Made by a program: the position numbers and the translations under genes
Source: Verrucomicrobiales bacterium
Lineage (GTDB): Bacteria; Verrucomicrobiota; Verrucomicrobiia; Verrucomicrobiales; V1-33
Direction: 5' to 3'
Length of the DNA stretch: 58,831 nt
NCBI GenBank assembly: GCA_031411295.1
Contig: JANOAV010000206.1
Span: forward strand, 1 to 58,831
In this document: one piece after another, positions 30,545 through 41,088 of the stretch
How the letters are laid out: the number at the start of each line of letters is the position of its first letter
How positions within the stretch are numbered: position 1 is the stretch's first letter
Notes under the pieces: generated by a model
Databases searched by the model: none
Seen by the model: only the letters and a program-made list of their open reading frames with translations
Told to the model about the DNA's origin: nothing

Positions 30545-32167
30545 ATGCTGCGCGTTAACCAACTCAATCTGCCGGTCGATCACCCTGCTGCCGAACTCCT
30601 CCCAGCGGTGGCGGTGGCGCTTGGATTAGATCCCTCGGAGGTGCTCTCAGTGGAGATCAAGCAGCGGGCGATTGATGCGCGGAAGAAGAGTGCCGTTTGT
30701 TTTAGTTACAGCCTGAAAGTGACGGTCACAGACGAGGCGAAGGCGCTGGCCGGGCACCGGACGGATCGGTGTCAGGCGATGCCTTGGAAAGACGAGGTTT
30801 ACTCCGGGGTGAATTTAATGCTGGGGAAATCCCGTCCGCCTGCGAACCGACCGGTCATTGTCGGAACGGGACCGTGCGGATTGTTTTGCGGATTGATGCT
30901 GGCGAGAGCAGGCTGGAGACCGATTTTATTGGAGCGTGGCAAGGCTGCCGGGCCGCGGGCGCGCGATGTTACGGGCTTCTGGCGGGGCACCGCGGAGTTG
31001 ATACCGGACTCGAACGTGCAGTTTGGCGAGGGGGGAGCAGGCACGTTCTCGGATGGGAAACTTTATACCCAGATCAAAGATCGGGAAGACCGCATCCCTT
31101 GGTTGCTCGAGGAAATGGTGCGGGCGGGCGCGCCAGAGGATATCCTGGTCAAGGCGCGACCGCATATCGGGACGGATCGGTTGATCAAGGTCGTGCGGCA
31201 CGTGCGGGAGGAAATTATTTCGCTGGGTGGAGAGGTGCGTTTCGAGACTGCGTTCGACCGATTGGAACTGGACACCACCGGCCGGGTCTGCGGAGCCAGA
31301 TTGAAGAGCGGGGAGATTATCCCCACGGACAAAGTGATTCTGGCGGTGGGGCACAGCGCGCGGGATACCTTCGCTGCGCTGCATGAACAAGGCGTTAGCA
31401 TGGAAGCCAAACCGTTGTCCATCGGCGTGCGGGTCGAGCATCCCCAGGATCAAATCGACCGCACCCAGTATGGGCAATTTGCCGGCAGATCCGTGTTAGG
31501 GGCGGCACCGTATAAATTTGTCTATCACCATCAGGCCAAGGGACGAACGGCGTATAGTTTCTGCATGTGTCCCGGGGGCTTGGTGGTGGCCTCCTCATCC
31601 GAGGTCGGCAGCTTGGTGACCAACGGCATGAGCAGCTATGCGCGCGCTGAGGCCAATGCCAATGCGGGATTCATGGTGGATGTCAGCCCGCAGGATTATG
31701 GCCATACGACGGCCAACCCGCTGGCAGGCGTGGCTTTCCAACGGGAATGGGAACGCCGCGCCTTCACGATGGGCGGCGGGAACTATCATGCTCCGATCCA
31801 AACGATCGGTGATTTCCTGGCCGGCCGCGCCTCGAAACAACTGGGACGGGTGGTGCCGAGTTATCGTCCCGGCGTGACGCCATCCGACCTCCGGGGCTGC
31901 TTGCCGGACTATGTGACCGCCACGTTGCGAGCCGCCATTCCCATGATTGAGCGCCAGTTGCGTGGTTTTGCCAATCCCGAGGCGCTGCTCACCGCAGTGG
32001 AGACACGCAGTTCCAGCCCCGTGCGCCTAACCCGCGATCCTGGTTCCTGTCAGAGTATTTCCACCCCGGGTTTATTTCCCGCCGGGGAAGGCGCGGGGTA
32101 TGCCGGGGGAATTATCAGCGCGGCGGTGGACGGCCTGAGAATTGCAGAAATCCTCCTCCAAGCTTAG
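30545..32167 (+). CDS. NAD(P)/FAD-dependent oxidoreductase (uncharacterised FAD-dependent dehydrogenase family)
   Basis: GTGPCG, SNVQFGEGGAGTFSDGKL, YSFCMCPGG and GEGAGYAGGI.SAAVDG. Confidence 0.92.
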   Translation: MLRVNQLNLPVDHPAAELLPAVAVALGLDPSEVLSVEIKQRAIDARKKSAVCFSYSLKVTVTDEAKALAGHRTDRCQAMPWKDEVYSGVNLMLGKSRPPANRPVIVGTGPCGLFCGLMLARAGWRPILLERGKAAGPRARDVTGFWRGTAELIPDSNVQFGEGGAGTFSDGKLYTQIKDREDRIPWLLEEMVRAGAPEDILVKARPHIGTDRLIKVVRHVREEIISLGGEVRFETAFDRLELDTTGRVCGARLKSGEIIPTDKVILAVGHSARDTFAALHEQGVSMEAKPLSIGVRVEHPQDQIDRTQYGQFAGRSVLGAAPYKFVYHHQAKGRTAYSFCMCPGGLVVASSSEVGSLVTNGMSSYARAEANANAGFMVDVSPQDYGHTTANPLAGVAFQREWERRAFTMGGGNYHAPIQTIGDFLAGRASKQLGRVVPSYRPGVTPSDLRGCLPDYVTATLRAAIPMIERQLRGFANPEALLTAVETRSSSPVRLTRDPGSCQSISTPGLFPAGEGAGYAGGIISAAVDGLRIAEILLQA

Positions 32168-32183
32168 GTCGAAAATTTGGCTT

Positions 32184-32408
32184 CTAACTATCCTCGTCCA
32201 ACCAGGCAATCTTATCCACAATGAGGAAACGATGCGGATGAGCCGCCTTGAGCGCCCCGTGCACGGCGGCCTCGGTGGCTTCTGGCAGGCTCACCACCTC
32301 CCACTTCGAGTGCCTATCGTGGGCGAAATCCATCGACGTTTCATCCCGCCAGCGGGCATCAATTTCATCTGACGGCGGCTGGGTAGCCGGAATCGGTTCA
32401 TCTGGCAT
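32184..32408 (-). CDS. Small hypothetical protein
   Basis: Fills the gap between two + strand genes; no motif recognised. Confidence 0.4.
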   Translation of the reverse strand: MPDEPIPATQPPSDEIDARWRDETSMDFAHDRHSKWEVVSLPEATEAAVHGALKAAHPHRFLIVDKIAWLDEDS

Positions 32409-32585
32409 ATAACTTCGGAAATAAACCCTGGCTCGGTGGTGCTTCATAGGGCGAGTTTAGATCAAGTCCGTCCGTTTTCAAGCTGCAATGGCCACCTGAA
32501 ATGTGACGTTTCCTGCACAGTTGCATTTCTCCGGGGGCAAAGTATCGGAGTGGCTCCCTTTCCCCCAACCAACTTACAATTTCCC

Positions 32586-34688
32586 ATGAGTGACCATCCT
32601 TTTCTCGATCATCATTTCCACGTGAAATGGTCCACGCTGACCCCCGACCGGATCGTGCCGGACATTGAACTGGCGCTGCAACGAGCGCAGGAGCGATTGG
32701 ATGCGGTGTGTATCACGGATCGTGGCCGCATGAATTTTGACAGCGTCCTGCTGGCCTTCGAAGCAGCGACCGCAGAACTGAGCGAGGCCTGGGGTCTGGT
32801 GGGCCATTTGGATGCGGTTTGTAAATCGCCTGAATTCAGCGAACCGTATAACCAAATGATCCCGAAGGTTACGGAGTTTTTCGCGCGCATCCCTTTCAAC
32901 GAATCGCTCTGGGATCTCTTCAAAACTTACTCCCAAACGCCGAATGCGTTGGCACTGACCGGAGTGCAGAAGCGTTTTCTGGAGGAAACTCTGGCTGACT
33001 TCCGCACCAGCGGTGCGGAGCTTCCGGCGGATAAGAAATCGCGCCTCGAGACCATCGAAGTTGAGTTGGCGCAACTAACGCAAAAGTATGGGGATAACGT
33101 GCTCTACTCCACCAACGATTGGGAATTGCTGATTGATGACGAGAACAAGTTGGATGGCCTGCCGGATTCCCTGCGGACGGCGGCCCTGGGGGACGCCAAA
33201 GCCAAAGGCCACGGCACGCCGGAGCAGCCAGTGTGGCGCTTTACGCTCAAGGCCCCCAGCATGTTCCCGTTGATGGAACACCTGCACGATGATGAGATTC
33301 GCCATCAGGTCTGGCTGGCCAGCGTTGGCATTGGGCATCATGAACCATGGGATAATACCGAACTGGTGCGCACCATTCTCCGGCTCCGTCAGGAGAAGGC
33401 CACGCTCCTAGGGAAAAGGAACTTCGCGGACCTGGTCTTGGATCGTCGCATGGCGCGCGATGGCGCCACCGCCACGAAATTTATCGAGGACTTCCACGCC
33501 AAGATTCAAACGGCATTCCAGCGTCAATGTCGTGAACTACAGGAGTTTAAAGCCGAATCCACCCACCGAGCGGCCGAGCCGCTGGAGCCATGGGAAGTCG
33601 CCTACTGGGCGGAGAAACGTCGCAAGGCCTTGTTTGATTTCGATGAAGAGGAACTGCGCCCTTACTTCTCCATCGATCAAGTGCTAGGCGGCATGTTCCG
33701 CCTCTGCGAAAAAATCTTCGGGCTCAAAATTCAGGAAGTCCCCGCCGTCTTCCGTGAGCCTGGCAGCCAGCCTGCAGGCGACGACGATGCCATTGAAGTC
33801 TGGCATCCAGAGGTGAAATTTTACGAACTCTCCAACGAGAACGGCACCCATCTGGGGAGCTTCTACGCTGACTGGCATCCGCGCGATGCCAAGCGGAGTG
33901 GGGCTTGGATGAATTACCTGAAGACGGGTCGCCCGCCGCTGGGCGAAGCGGATCGCACGCCGCACCTGGGATTAATCTGTGGGAATATGTCGCCCCCCAC
34001 GGAAGGTCAGCCCGCGTTACTGACCCATGGCGAAGTGGAAACGGTATTCCACGAATTTGGCCACCTGCTGCACCACCTCTTGGGCAACGTGGAGATCAAA
34101 TCGCTCAACGGAGTGAACGTGGCGTGGGACTTCGTGGAATTGCCCAGCCAGATCATGGAGAATTTCTGCTGGAGCCGCGAGAGCCTGGACTTCTTCGCCC
34201 GGCATCATGAAACTGGGGAACCGATTCCGGCTCGGCTGTTCAAGAAGATGATGGCGGCCCGGAATTATAATTCCGCCATCAGCACGATGCGCCAACTGGC
34301 CTTCTCCAAGATGGATCTGGCGCTGCATATTGATTACTCAGAGCAGGAAATTACCGATCTGGACGAAACCGTGGACGGCATCCTCAAAGCTTATCTGATG
34401 CCCGTGAAAACCCACGCCCCCACGATGGCCCGGAGATTCAACCACCTCTTCAGCAGCCCTGTGGGCTATGCTGCAGGATACTATAGTTACAAGTGGGCAG
34501 AGGTGCTGGATGCGGATTGCTTCATGCGTTTCCAACGCGAAGGAATTCTGAATCCAGAAGTGGGCATGGATTTTCGCGCCAAGATCCTCAGTAAAGGAAA
34601 TTCCGAGCCACCGGAGAAACTCTTTGCCGATTTCATGGGCCGCAGCCCAGACATCACGCCGTTGCTAGTCCGGAGTGGATTGAATTAG
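32586..34688 (+). CDS. prlC: Oligopeptidase A (M3 metallopeptidase)
   Basis: KRSGAWM, FHEFGH, WDFVELPSQIMEN and GYAAGYYSYKWAEVLDAD. Confidence 0.93.
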   Translation: MSDHPFLDHHFHVKWSTLTPDRIVPDIELALQRAQERLDAVCITDRGRMNFDSVLLAFEAATAELSEAWGLVGHLDAVCKSPEFSEPYNQMIPKVTEFFARIPFNESLWDLFKTYSQTPNALALTGVQKRFLEETLADFRTSGAELPADKKSRLETIEVELAQLTQKYGDNVLYSTNDWELLIDDENKLDGLPDSLRTAALGDAKAKGHGTPEQPVWRFTLKAPSMFPLMEHLHDDEIRHQVWLASVGIGHHEPWDNTELVRTILRLRQEKATLLGKRNFADLVLDRRMARDGATATKFIEDFHAKIQTAFQRQCRELQEFKAESTHRAAEPLEPWEVAYWAEKRRKALFDFDEEELRPYFSIDQVLGGMFRLCEKIFGLKIQEVPAVFREPGSQPAGDDDAIEVWHPEVKFYELSNENGTHLGSFYADWHPRDAKRSGAWMNYLKTGRPPLGEADRTPHLGLICGNMSPPTEGQPALLTHGEVETVFHEFGHLLHHLLGNVEIKSLNGVNVAWDFVELPSQIMENFCWSRESLDFFARHHETGEPIPARLFKKMMAARNYNSAISTMRQLAFSKMDLALHIDYSEQEITDLDETVDGILKAYLMPVKTHAPTMARRFNHLFSSPVGYAAGYYSYKWAEVLDADCFMRFQREGILNPEVGMDFRAKILSKGNSEPPEKLFADFMGRSPDITPLLVRSGLN

Positions 34689-34722
34689 CCTCACTTATTC
34701 CACTTCGCTTTCACGATGAGGG

Positions 34723-35127
34723 GATCCCGGAGGGATCTCAGAAATTAGCCGGGGGTTGAGCGATGGCGATACCCCCGGTTAGGATCAAAAGATTAGCATC
34801 CCGGCAAGGATGCCAGATCGGCAACGTGATCGGATTGTGAAGATGTCCTCTTCCCAGCGTGCTCTTTTTCTGGCATCCCTGCCGGGATGCGGTCATTTTG
34901 TGAGATTACTGCGCTCAACCCCCGGCTAATCTCTGCGTCCCCTGCCGGGGACAATACCAGCTTAATTCACGCAGTAATAAATCATCGGCTAGAGGTCTGA
35001 TTTTGAACACCCCAGTGCTGGACTTTAGTCCGAACAGCACTGCACATTGAAGGTTTCCAGCGAGTGGGGTTACGGACTAAAGTCCATAACTACGATGTTT
35101 AAAACTGTATTATCCCCGGCAGGGGAC
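34723..35127. repeat. Mosaic of REP/MITE-like inverted repeats between convergent genes
   Basis: IR pairs 34744-34762/34912-34930 (perfect 19 bp), 34796-34816/34870-34890, 34937-34957/35107-35127 and GGACTTTAGTCCG/CGGACTAAAGTCC (about 35020/35072). Confidence 0.85.
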
Positions 35128-35175
35128 GGTGACGTTCATGCGTTGCATGGCTGCGCTGGTTGGTCCAGCGGGGAC

Positions 35176-36819
35176 TCACTTGGGCTTCTTGGGAGTATCC
35201 TTAGGGGCGGTTTCTTTGGGAGCCGGTTCCTTGGCCGCGGTCGGGGCTGGCTTGTTCGGCACGCCGGTCAGTTTTTCGAAGGCTTCGTCGCCTGCCTTGA
35301 CTTCATCCAGACTCATTTTGCCTTTGAGTTTGGTGAGGCGCTCGGTGGATTGCTTGCCCAAGTCGGAGTCAGCCGGAGCCACTTTGGTGCAGGCAGTCAT
35401 ATAAGCGTAAGCCTGAGGGAGGTCCTGCTTCAAGCCGCGGCCAACTTCGAGCATGTCTGCGATTTGAAACATGGCGATGGGGACACCTTTTTTAGCAGCA
35501 TCCAGATAGATTTCGGCCGCAGCCTTGATATTGATGGCTCCCGCTTCCCCGGTTTCGAGAATGTTGGCCATCTGGATTTGGGAAGCGACGTCGCCTGCCT
35601 TGGCTGCTTTCTCAAACCAAGCGAGGGCGGCAATCGGGTCCTTTTCAAGACCAGCTTTGCCGGAGCGATAGCGTTCGGCCAGCGCAATTTGCGCGGCTGG
35701 GAGTCCAGTCTTGGCTGCTTTGTAGTAGAGTTCGAGCGCTTTGGCCTCGTCTTTGGCTTTCACGCCTTTGCCGTTTTCGTTGAGGACAGCCAGATTGTAA
35801 TCACAAGTGTTGAGGCCGGCATCGGCTCCTTTTTGATAGAACTCGATGGCTTTGGCGAGATCGGCCGTGACCCCGAGTCCGTTTTCATAGAAATAGCCTA
35901 TTTTGAGGAAGGCATCGCCTACTTTTTCCGCTGCCGCTTCTTGGTAAAGGGCGAGGGCCTTTTTGAAATGGTCGGTCTTTTTGCTCTCTTCTTTTTCGAT
36001 TGAGGCCTCGACTTCAGAAATGATGCCGAGATTGACTTTGGCGGATTTCAAGCCGCTATCGACGGCCTTCTGGAAAAGTTCCCGAGCCATGTCGAAGGCA
36101 GGACGGCCACCACCGCGGCTGTTGAGTAGCTTGGTGCCGAGATAGATCATGGAAGGGACGTGTCCTTTGTCAGCCGCCTTCTTCAAGGCGTTGAGCATGC
36201 CTTGTTCGTCCTTAGCGGCTTCCGCCACCAGAGCGGTGAGATAGGTGGCTTCATTTTCCTCGGGGCCGTCGGCCCGTTGCAACCAACGGAGGGCCATCTC
36301 AGGATCTTTGGCGACGCCCATTCCCTCAAGATACATTTCGGCGTAGGTTAGCTTGGCCTTGCCATTGCCGGCGGTGGCTGCGTCTTCGATGGCCTTGACG
36401 GCATCTTTACCCGCTTCAGGAGTCTCCGCCCCAATGAGGTTCAGGAGCAACAGATTGTTGGCGGCGGCTTTGTTTCCAGCCTTCGAGGCCTTCTCATACA
36501 GGGCTTTGGCTTGGGCGAGGTATTCTTTAGCTTTCGCCTTGTCCTCTTTGGCATCCAAGCCACCAAGTCCGCTCTGGAGCGCGAACCCATAGGCAAACTG
36601 CCCTTCCGGGTCCCCGGCGTCGGCAGATTTTTTGAACGCCGCCACGGCGTCCTTATCTTTAGGGTCCTTGACGAGTTTGGCGATGGAGTCCTTGAGCTTG
36701 CCGTCCTTGATTTCTTCCAAGTTCACGAATCTGGCTTGAGCAGGCTGATTGAGGCCTAGCATGAGCGTCAGGGTGATGGCAGGGAGCAGGAGGCGGGGGA
36801 AGATGTGTTTATAACTCAT
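35176..36819 (-). CDS. Secreted Sel1-repeat protein
   Basis: Repeated A..G...A...LG..Y..G.GV..D...A..W units; signal peptide from ATG 36819. Confidence 0.92.
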   Translation of the reverse strand: MSYKHIFPRLLLPAITLTLMLGLNQPAQARFVNLEEIKDGKLKDSIAKLVKDPKDKDAVAAFKKSADAGDPEGQFAYGFALQSGLGGLDAKEDKAKAKEYLAQAKALYEKASKAGNKAAANNLLLLNLIGAETPEAGKDAVKAIEDAATAGNGKAKLTYAEMYLEGMGVAKDPEMALRWLQRADGPEENEATYLTALVAEAAKDEQGMLNALKKAADKGHVPSMIYLGTKLLNSRGGGRPAFDMARELFQKAVDSGLKSAKVNLGIISEVEASIEKEESKKTDHFKKALALYQEAAAEKVGDAFLKIGYFYENGLGVTADLAKAIEFYQKGADAGLNTCDYNLAVLNENGKGVKAKDEAKALELYYKAAKTGLPAAQIALAERYRSGKAGLEKDPIAALAWFEKAAKAGDVASQIQMANILETGEAGAINIKAAAEIYLDAAKKGVPIAMFQIADMLEVGRGLKQDLPQAYAYMTACTKVAPADSDLGKQSTERLTKLKGKMSLDEVKAGDEAFEKLTGVPNKPAPTAAKEPAPKETAPKDTPKKPK

Positions 36820-36947
36820 AGTAGAATATCGATTGAAAATTAGGGGGGACAGGGGAAAATTGGAGGGAAGCGGCGCTAGGGTGATGAAAATCAGAAAAAT
36901 TGCAATATTTAATCCGGGAAATATTGCAAATTTATTGTTTTGCAGCG

Positions 36948-37844
36948 TTAACGCCGCAAGGAAGCGACGAGGAGTCGACAACTTGTCTCGGAAACTCCAA
37001 GTTGGCGGGCGGCAGCCAAATCCTGCTCTGCGGGGGTGATCTGGCCCAGCAAGGCGAAGGCGAGGCCACGATCACAAAGGAGCAGGGCGGGCGGCGGGGT
37101 GACAGCCAGGCGTGGGGTAAGTTCGTCGATGGCAGCTTGGAGATCGGCTTGGGCTTCTGCACTGCGCTTCTGCTGCAGGAAGATGCGGGCGCGGCGGATC
37201 AGCCAACTGCTGCGGAATCTGGTGTTCTCCAATTCTTCCTGGATGAGTGGGAGGGCTTCCTCGCCACGACCGAGTTCGATCAGGGTATCAAACCATTCGT
37301 TGCGCAGAATGACGGCGCGGGTCTTGAGCCAAGCTTCTTTCAAGGAGTTCAGGGCGGCCTCATCCTGGCCGAGTTCCCGCAGGATCTGCGCTTGGAGGCG
37401 CAGCGTTTCCAGCGCGGGCACGGGGGTGTCGAGCGCCAGTTTCACGGCCGTGAGCGCGGGGGAGAATCGCTTGAGCTGGACGAGCAGTTCGGCCTCCAAT
37501 TGATGGCAGGAGGGCATGAGGAACTGATGCTCTTGCGGGGCTTGGCGGATGGCTTCCTGGAGCACCTCCAGAGCGCGCTCGGGGTGGCCTTCCAGATTCG
37601 TGATCATGGCCAGGTATCGTTTGGCCGGGAGGTAGTCAGGACGGAGCTTCAGGGCTAACTCAAAGTCCGCCCGGGCCGCAGGAAGTTGCTGGGTAGAGTA
37701 TTCCTCCACGCCCCGCTGGTAATAAAGTTCCGGGAGGGCGGGGCTGCGGGCGATCTGTTCCGTCAACTCGGCTATGGTGACGGCGGCATCATGGTGCGCC
37801 CAAACTGGCAGGGCCCACAAGAGCAGAAGGAATCGCAGGCGCAT
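36948..37844 (-). CDS. Secreted TPR protein
   Basis: Signal peptide ending VWA-HH; TPR-like repeats (A.ADFELALKL.P). Confidence 0.85.
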   Translation of the reverse strand: MRLRFLLLLWALPVWAHHDAAVTIAELTEQIARSPALPELYYQRGVEEYSTQQLPAARADFELALKLRPDYLPAKRYLAMITNLEGHPERALEVLQEAIRQAPQEHQFLMPSCHQLEAELLVQLKRFSPALTAVKLALDTPVPALETLRLQAQILRELGQDEAALNSLKEAWLKTRAVILRNEWFDTLIELGRGEEALPLIQEELENTRFRSSWLIRRARIFLQQKRSAEAQADLQAAIDELTPRLAVTPPPALLLCDRGLAFALLGQITPAEQDLAAARQLGVSETSCRLLVASLRR

Positions 37845-37855
37845 GGCGGTGGAGT

Positions 37856-40060
37856 TTACTTGGCCAAGATCAACTGCGGATGCAAGCTGAAGTCCGAGCT
37901 TTTGGGATCATCGTTGTAGCCGGAAATGCCGATGATGTTTTTCCCTGGCACGAGGAATGCCGCCGCGGCATCCAAGGGGAAATATTCGAAGGTGTCATCG
38001 GCCTCGTGCGGCTTGCCGACAGTGGCAGTTGGTCCATTGCCTTTGATGTTGAGGCTGCGGGTAACTTCGTGACCGTTGACGTAAGCGATGAAGGCGTCGT
38101 CGTAGCTAATGAGGAGGCCGAGCTTCTTGGGATCAGCTCCAGCCGGAAGGGTAAATTCATGCCGGATGCGGAGGATGGCTTGCGGACCTTTGACATCAAC
38201 TCTGGTGACATCATCGTCGTCGCCATAGCCGAACCCAGCGGGACCACTGAGCCATGCCGTATCGTCGTAGGCTGGATTATGCCAGTCTCCAGGGGTGCCA
38301 TTGAGCAGATATTTCCAAGTGGCACCAGGAGCAATGAGATCGGTGGCTCCGGCGGGAGCGGTGTGACGGGAACGCTGATCCGGGCCGGTGGCGGGTTCTT
38401 TGACTTCTTTTTCACTCTTGGCCTTGTCTTCCTTCTCTTTGCTTTCCCCCGGGGCTCCATCGGCTTTAACCGTGCGAATAACGGGCATCGGCGGGGCTGG
38501 TTTGGGGCTGGCAATCCGGTTCTTGGCGGGCACCTGACCTTGCTTGGTGATGGTGAAGACGTCGCTCTGCTCGCCAGCTTTGTTGAGCATGATTCCGTTA
38601 AGGGTATCCCCATCGACATTAAAGAGCACGGAACCGTGCTCCAAGATGATCTTTTTCATCAGCGGGATGGTCCCGACGCGTTTCAAGGTGGTGCCCGCAT
38701 TGCCCGTAACCACGGCCACGAATCCTTCATTGGGATTGAGCCCTGCACTCTTGGTGTAGGCCCCGTCTCCTTTGGGATCACCGTCACCATCATCAAGCAC
38801 GAAATTTGCTGCCACGGTCGGGGTGCTGTGCGCCCTATCAATGAGCATGCTGCGTTCGTAGATGTGGGAATGTCCGGAAAGGATCAGATCCACCCCGGCG
38901 GATTCCAAGAGGGGCAGGAATTGTTCCCGAGTGATCCGGGATTCATAGTCCGCAGGGATATCGCTATCATGGGAGCCCTTGGTATAGGGAGGATGGTGCC
39001 AGTAGGCGATGAGCCATTGCGCTTTACTTTTTTCGAGGTCCGCCTTGAGCCATTGAATCATGGCGTCACCCAATGCGGTCAGGCTGGGCTGCTTCTTGGC
39101 CAATGCTTCCTGGCAGGAATCCAACACCACGAAATGAATCTGCCCGAAATCGAAGGAATAATACGCTTCCCGGCCGCTGGCGACCCCACCGGCTTCACCC
39201 TTGGTGGGGCAGACGAAGGAATCGTAGTATGGCCCCACCCCGGCTTCGCCCTTGGAGGTCTTGCCTTCGTGGTTGCCCATGGCTGGCCAACATACTGTGT
39301 GCCGCATGGTATCGCCATACATGTTGAAGAAACGCCCCTGGAATTCGGTATCGAGCCCAGACTGATAAGCCATGTCCCCCACGTGCAGGAATCCATCCAG
39401 CGTGATGTTCTTTTGCTTGGTAAAATTCGCCATGGCGGTGTGCACCGCAGCCTGAATGGTGCCGCCCGTGCCACCATCGCCAGCCACCCAGAACCATCCG
39501 GGACGGGCGGTGCCGGGGACGGGCAGGGTGCGGAAGGTATAGTCTTCACCTGCGGCAGTGAGGCGCTTGGTCCCATCAAAAACGGCGTAATAATATTTCG
39601 TGTCCGGCTCCAAGCCAGTGAGCTTGGCCTCGAATTGTTTCGTCTTGGCTGGGGCAGAGTGCAGCGGCAGGGTCTGGGCAGAACTCGCGCCCTCAGCCGC
39701 CAGACGTCGCTGCACGATGCCTTTGTCCAAGGCTGCGGTGTGCTCGAGAGCATCGGCCGTGAGCCCCCACTTGATGATCGGGCTGGGTTCATCCCGGTGC
39801 CGCCACACGACATTAATGCTACTGGTGGTGGCCATTTGTAAGTATGGGCCACGGGAAATGCCGGTTTTGGGTGTCGTATCTGGTGTCACTGCGGTCTTCG
39901 ACGTGGTCGGAGCCGACGGCGGGGTGGCTGCGGTTGGGGTGGCCGCAACGGCAGCAGCCGTGGGGGTTGCAGGCGTGGCGGATCCCTTATCACAGGAACT
40001 CAGCCAAGGGACAACGGCCAAAGCGGTGAGAGAAAGGAATTTACGGAAAATCGGAAGCAT
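37856..40060 (-). CDS. Purple acid phosphatase-like metallophosphoesterase lipoprotein with C-terminal beta-sandwich
   Basis: Lipobox LSSC; GDGG, GDMAY, GNHE, HHPPY and GHSH.YERS motifs. Confidence 0.9.
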   Translation of the reverse strand: MLPIFRKFLSLTALAVVPWLSSCDKGSATPATPTAAAVAATPTAATPPSAPTTSKTAVTPDTTPKTGISRGPYLQMATTSSINVVWRHRDEPSPIIKWGLTADALEHTAALDKGIVQRRLAAEGASSAQTLPLHSAPAKTKQFEAKLTGLEPDTKYYYAVFDGTKRLTAAGEDYTFRTLPVPGTARPGWFWVAGDGGTGGTIQAAVHTAMANFTKQKNITLDGFLHVGDMAYQSGLDTEFQGRFFNMYGDTMRHTVCWPAMGNHEGKTSKGEAGVGPYYDSFVCPTKGEAGGVASGREAYYSFDFGQIHFVVLDSCQEALAKKQPSLTALGDAMIQWLKADLEKSKAQWLIAYWHHPPYTKGSHDSDIPADYESRITREQFLPLLESAGVDLILSGHSHIYERSMLIDRAHSTPTVAANFVLDDGDGDPKGDGAYTKSAGLNPNEGFVAVVTGNAGTTLKRVGTIPLMKKIILEHGSVLFNVDGDTLNGIMLNKAGEQSDVFTITKQGQVPAKNRIASPKPAPPMPVIRTVKADGAPGESKEKEDKAKSEKEVKEPATGPDQRSRHTAPAGATDLIAPGATWKYLLNGTPGDWHNPAYDDTAWLSGPAGFGYGDDDDVTRVDVKGPQAILRIRHEFTLPAGADPKKLGLLISYDDAFIAYVNGHEVTRSLNIKGNGPTATVGKPHEADDTFEYFPLDAAAAFLVPGKNIIGISGYNDDPKSSDFSLHPQLILAK

Positions 40061-40243
40061 GATGAGGAAGCGGGGTGTGCAAGGCGGAAGATACTCTATG
40101 AGAGAAAACAGAATGGAGCAACGATGGCAAGCGCCGAGTTGCCGGGAAAATGTGCGATGACAAAGTGCTGGCCTTGATTCAAACTGCCCCCTGCGGAACA
40201 AGCTACGCCACCGAAACGCCAGTAGTTGCGAGCAGGAGAAACT

Positions 40244-41020
40244 TTATCTCCGCTCGTCACCCTCGCGATGGGGTTTGGGAACCTGGGACGGTTGCGCAGG
40301 TTGTGCTTGCGGTGGCAGCGGTGGTGGCAAGGGTTGCGGATTGGCTTGCGGCACATGTGGTTGTGGTTGGGAGCGTCGAACATGCTCGCGCAATTCATTG
40401 AGTTCCCGCCGCAAGGCTTGCATTTCTCCCAAGATCTGATCCGGACCAGGCTTTCCGGCCCCCCCCTCAGAGTGCGGTTGCTTTTGATTTTCCAAACGCT
40501 GAATCAACGGCTTCAGCTGGGCGGCCGCATCTGGCAGCCCGGCCTGCATCAAGTGCTCGATGGCTTCTCTCACGTGGCGCATTCTCGCTTCAGCGTCTGG
40601 CTGCCCACGCTCTGGCTGCCCACGCTCTGGCTGTCCACGCTCTGGCTGCCCACGTTCTGGCTGCCCACGTTCTGGGCGGGGACCTTCTGCATGGTCTTTC
40701 GGCTGCGGCTTTTTGTCAGCCTTAGGGGCCTCCTCGCCTTGGTGGCGTTGCTTGGCTTCCATCTCGGTGCGCTCACGCGTGATGATGGCTTTGACCTCGC
40801 GTCGGATCAATTCGGCCAGCTCCTTATCTCCGGCCTCGGCCGCTTCACGGGCTTTGCCTTCGGCCTGATCCGCCATTTTTTCCCAGCGGGCACGGAGTTT
40901 CTCGTTGGGCCTTTGGTCCAATGCCCCCAGCGGCGGTTTCGGAGCGGGCTGGCGATCTTCGGCAAATATCAGATTACCACCAGAGAGGGTGGCCAGAGCG
41001 AGGAGCGGTAAGAGTTTCAT
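40244..41020 (-). CDS. Hypothetical secreted helical protein with PERGQ repeats
   Basis: Signal peptide, coiled-coil-like segments and a tandem repeat. Confidence 0.7.
   Translation of the reverse strand: MKLLPLLALATLSGGNLIFAEDRQPAPKPPLGALDQRPNEKLRARWEKMADQAEGKAREAAEAGDKELAELIRREVKAIITRERTEMEAKQRHQGEEAPKADKKPQPKDHAEGPRPERGQPERGQPERGQPERGQPERGQPDAEARMRHVREAIEHLMQAGLPDAAAQLKPLIQRLENQKQPHSEGGAGKPGPDQILGEMQALRRELNELREHVRRSQPQPHVPQANPQPLPPPLPPQAQPAQPSQVPKPHREGDERR
40596..40675. repeat. 15-bp coding tandem repeat x5
   Basis: TCTGGCTG(C/T)CCACG(C/T) repeated five times. Confidence 0.95.
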
Positions 41021-41088
41021 GGCAAGAGAGCGGGATTAAGGATGGATTCGAAACGAAATTTAGCTCATTTAGTTCGCACGTGGAAACC

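Noticed and set aside
37880..39841. 653-aa plus-strand ORF
   Set aside because: Antisense shadow of the metallophosphoesterase, with no motifs. The same applies to 35047-36003, 53140-54156 and the ORFs opposite the 2808-aa gene.
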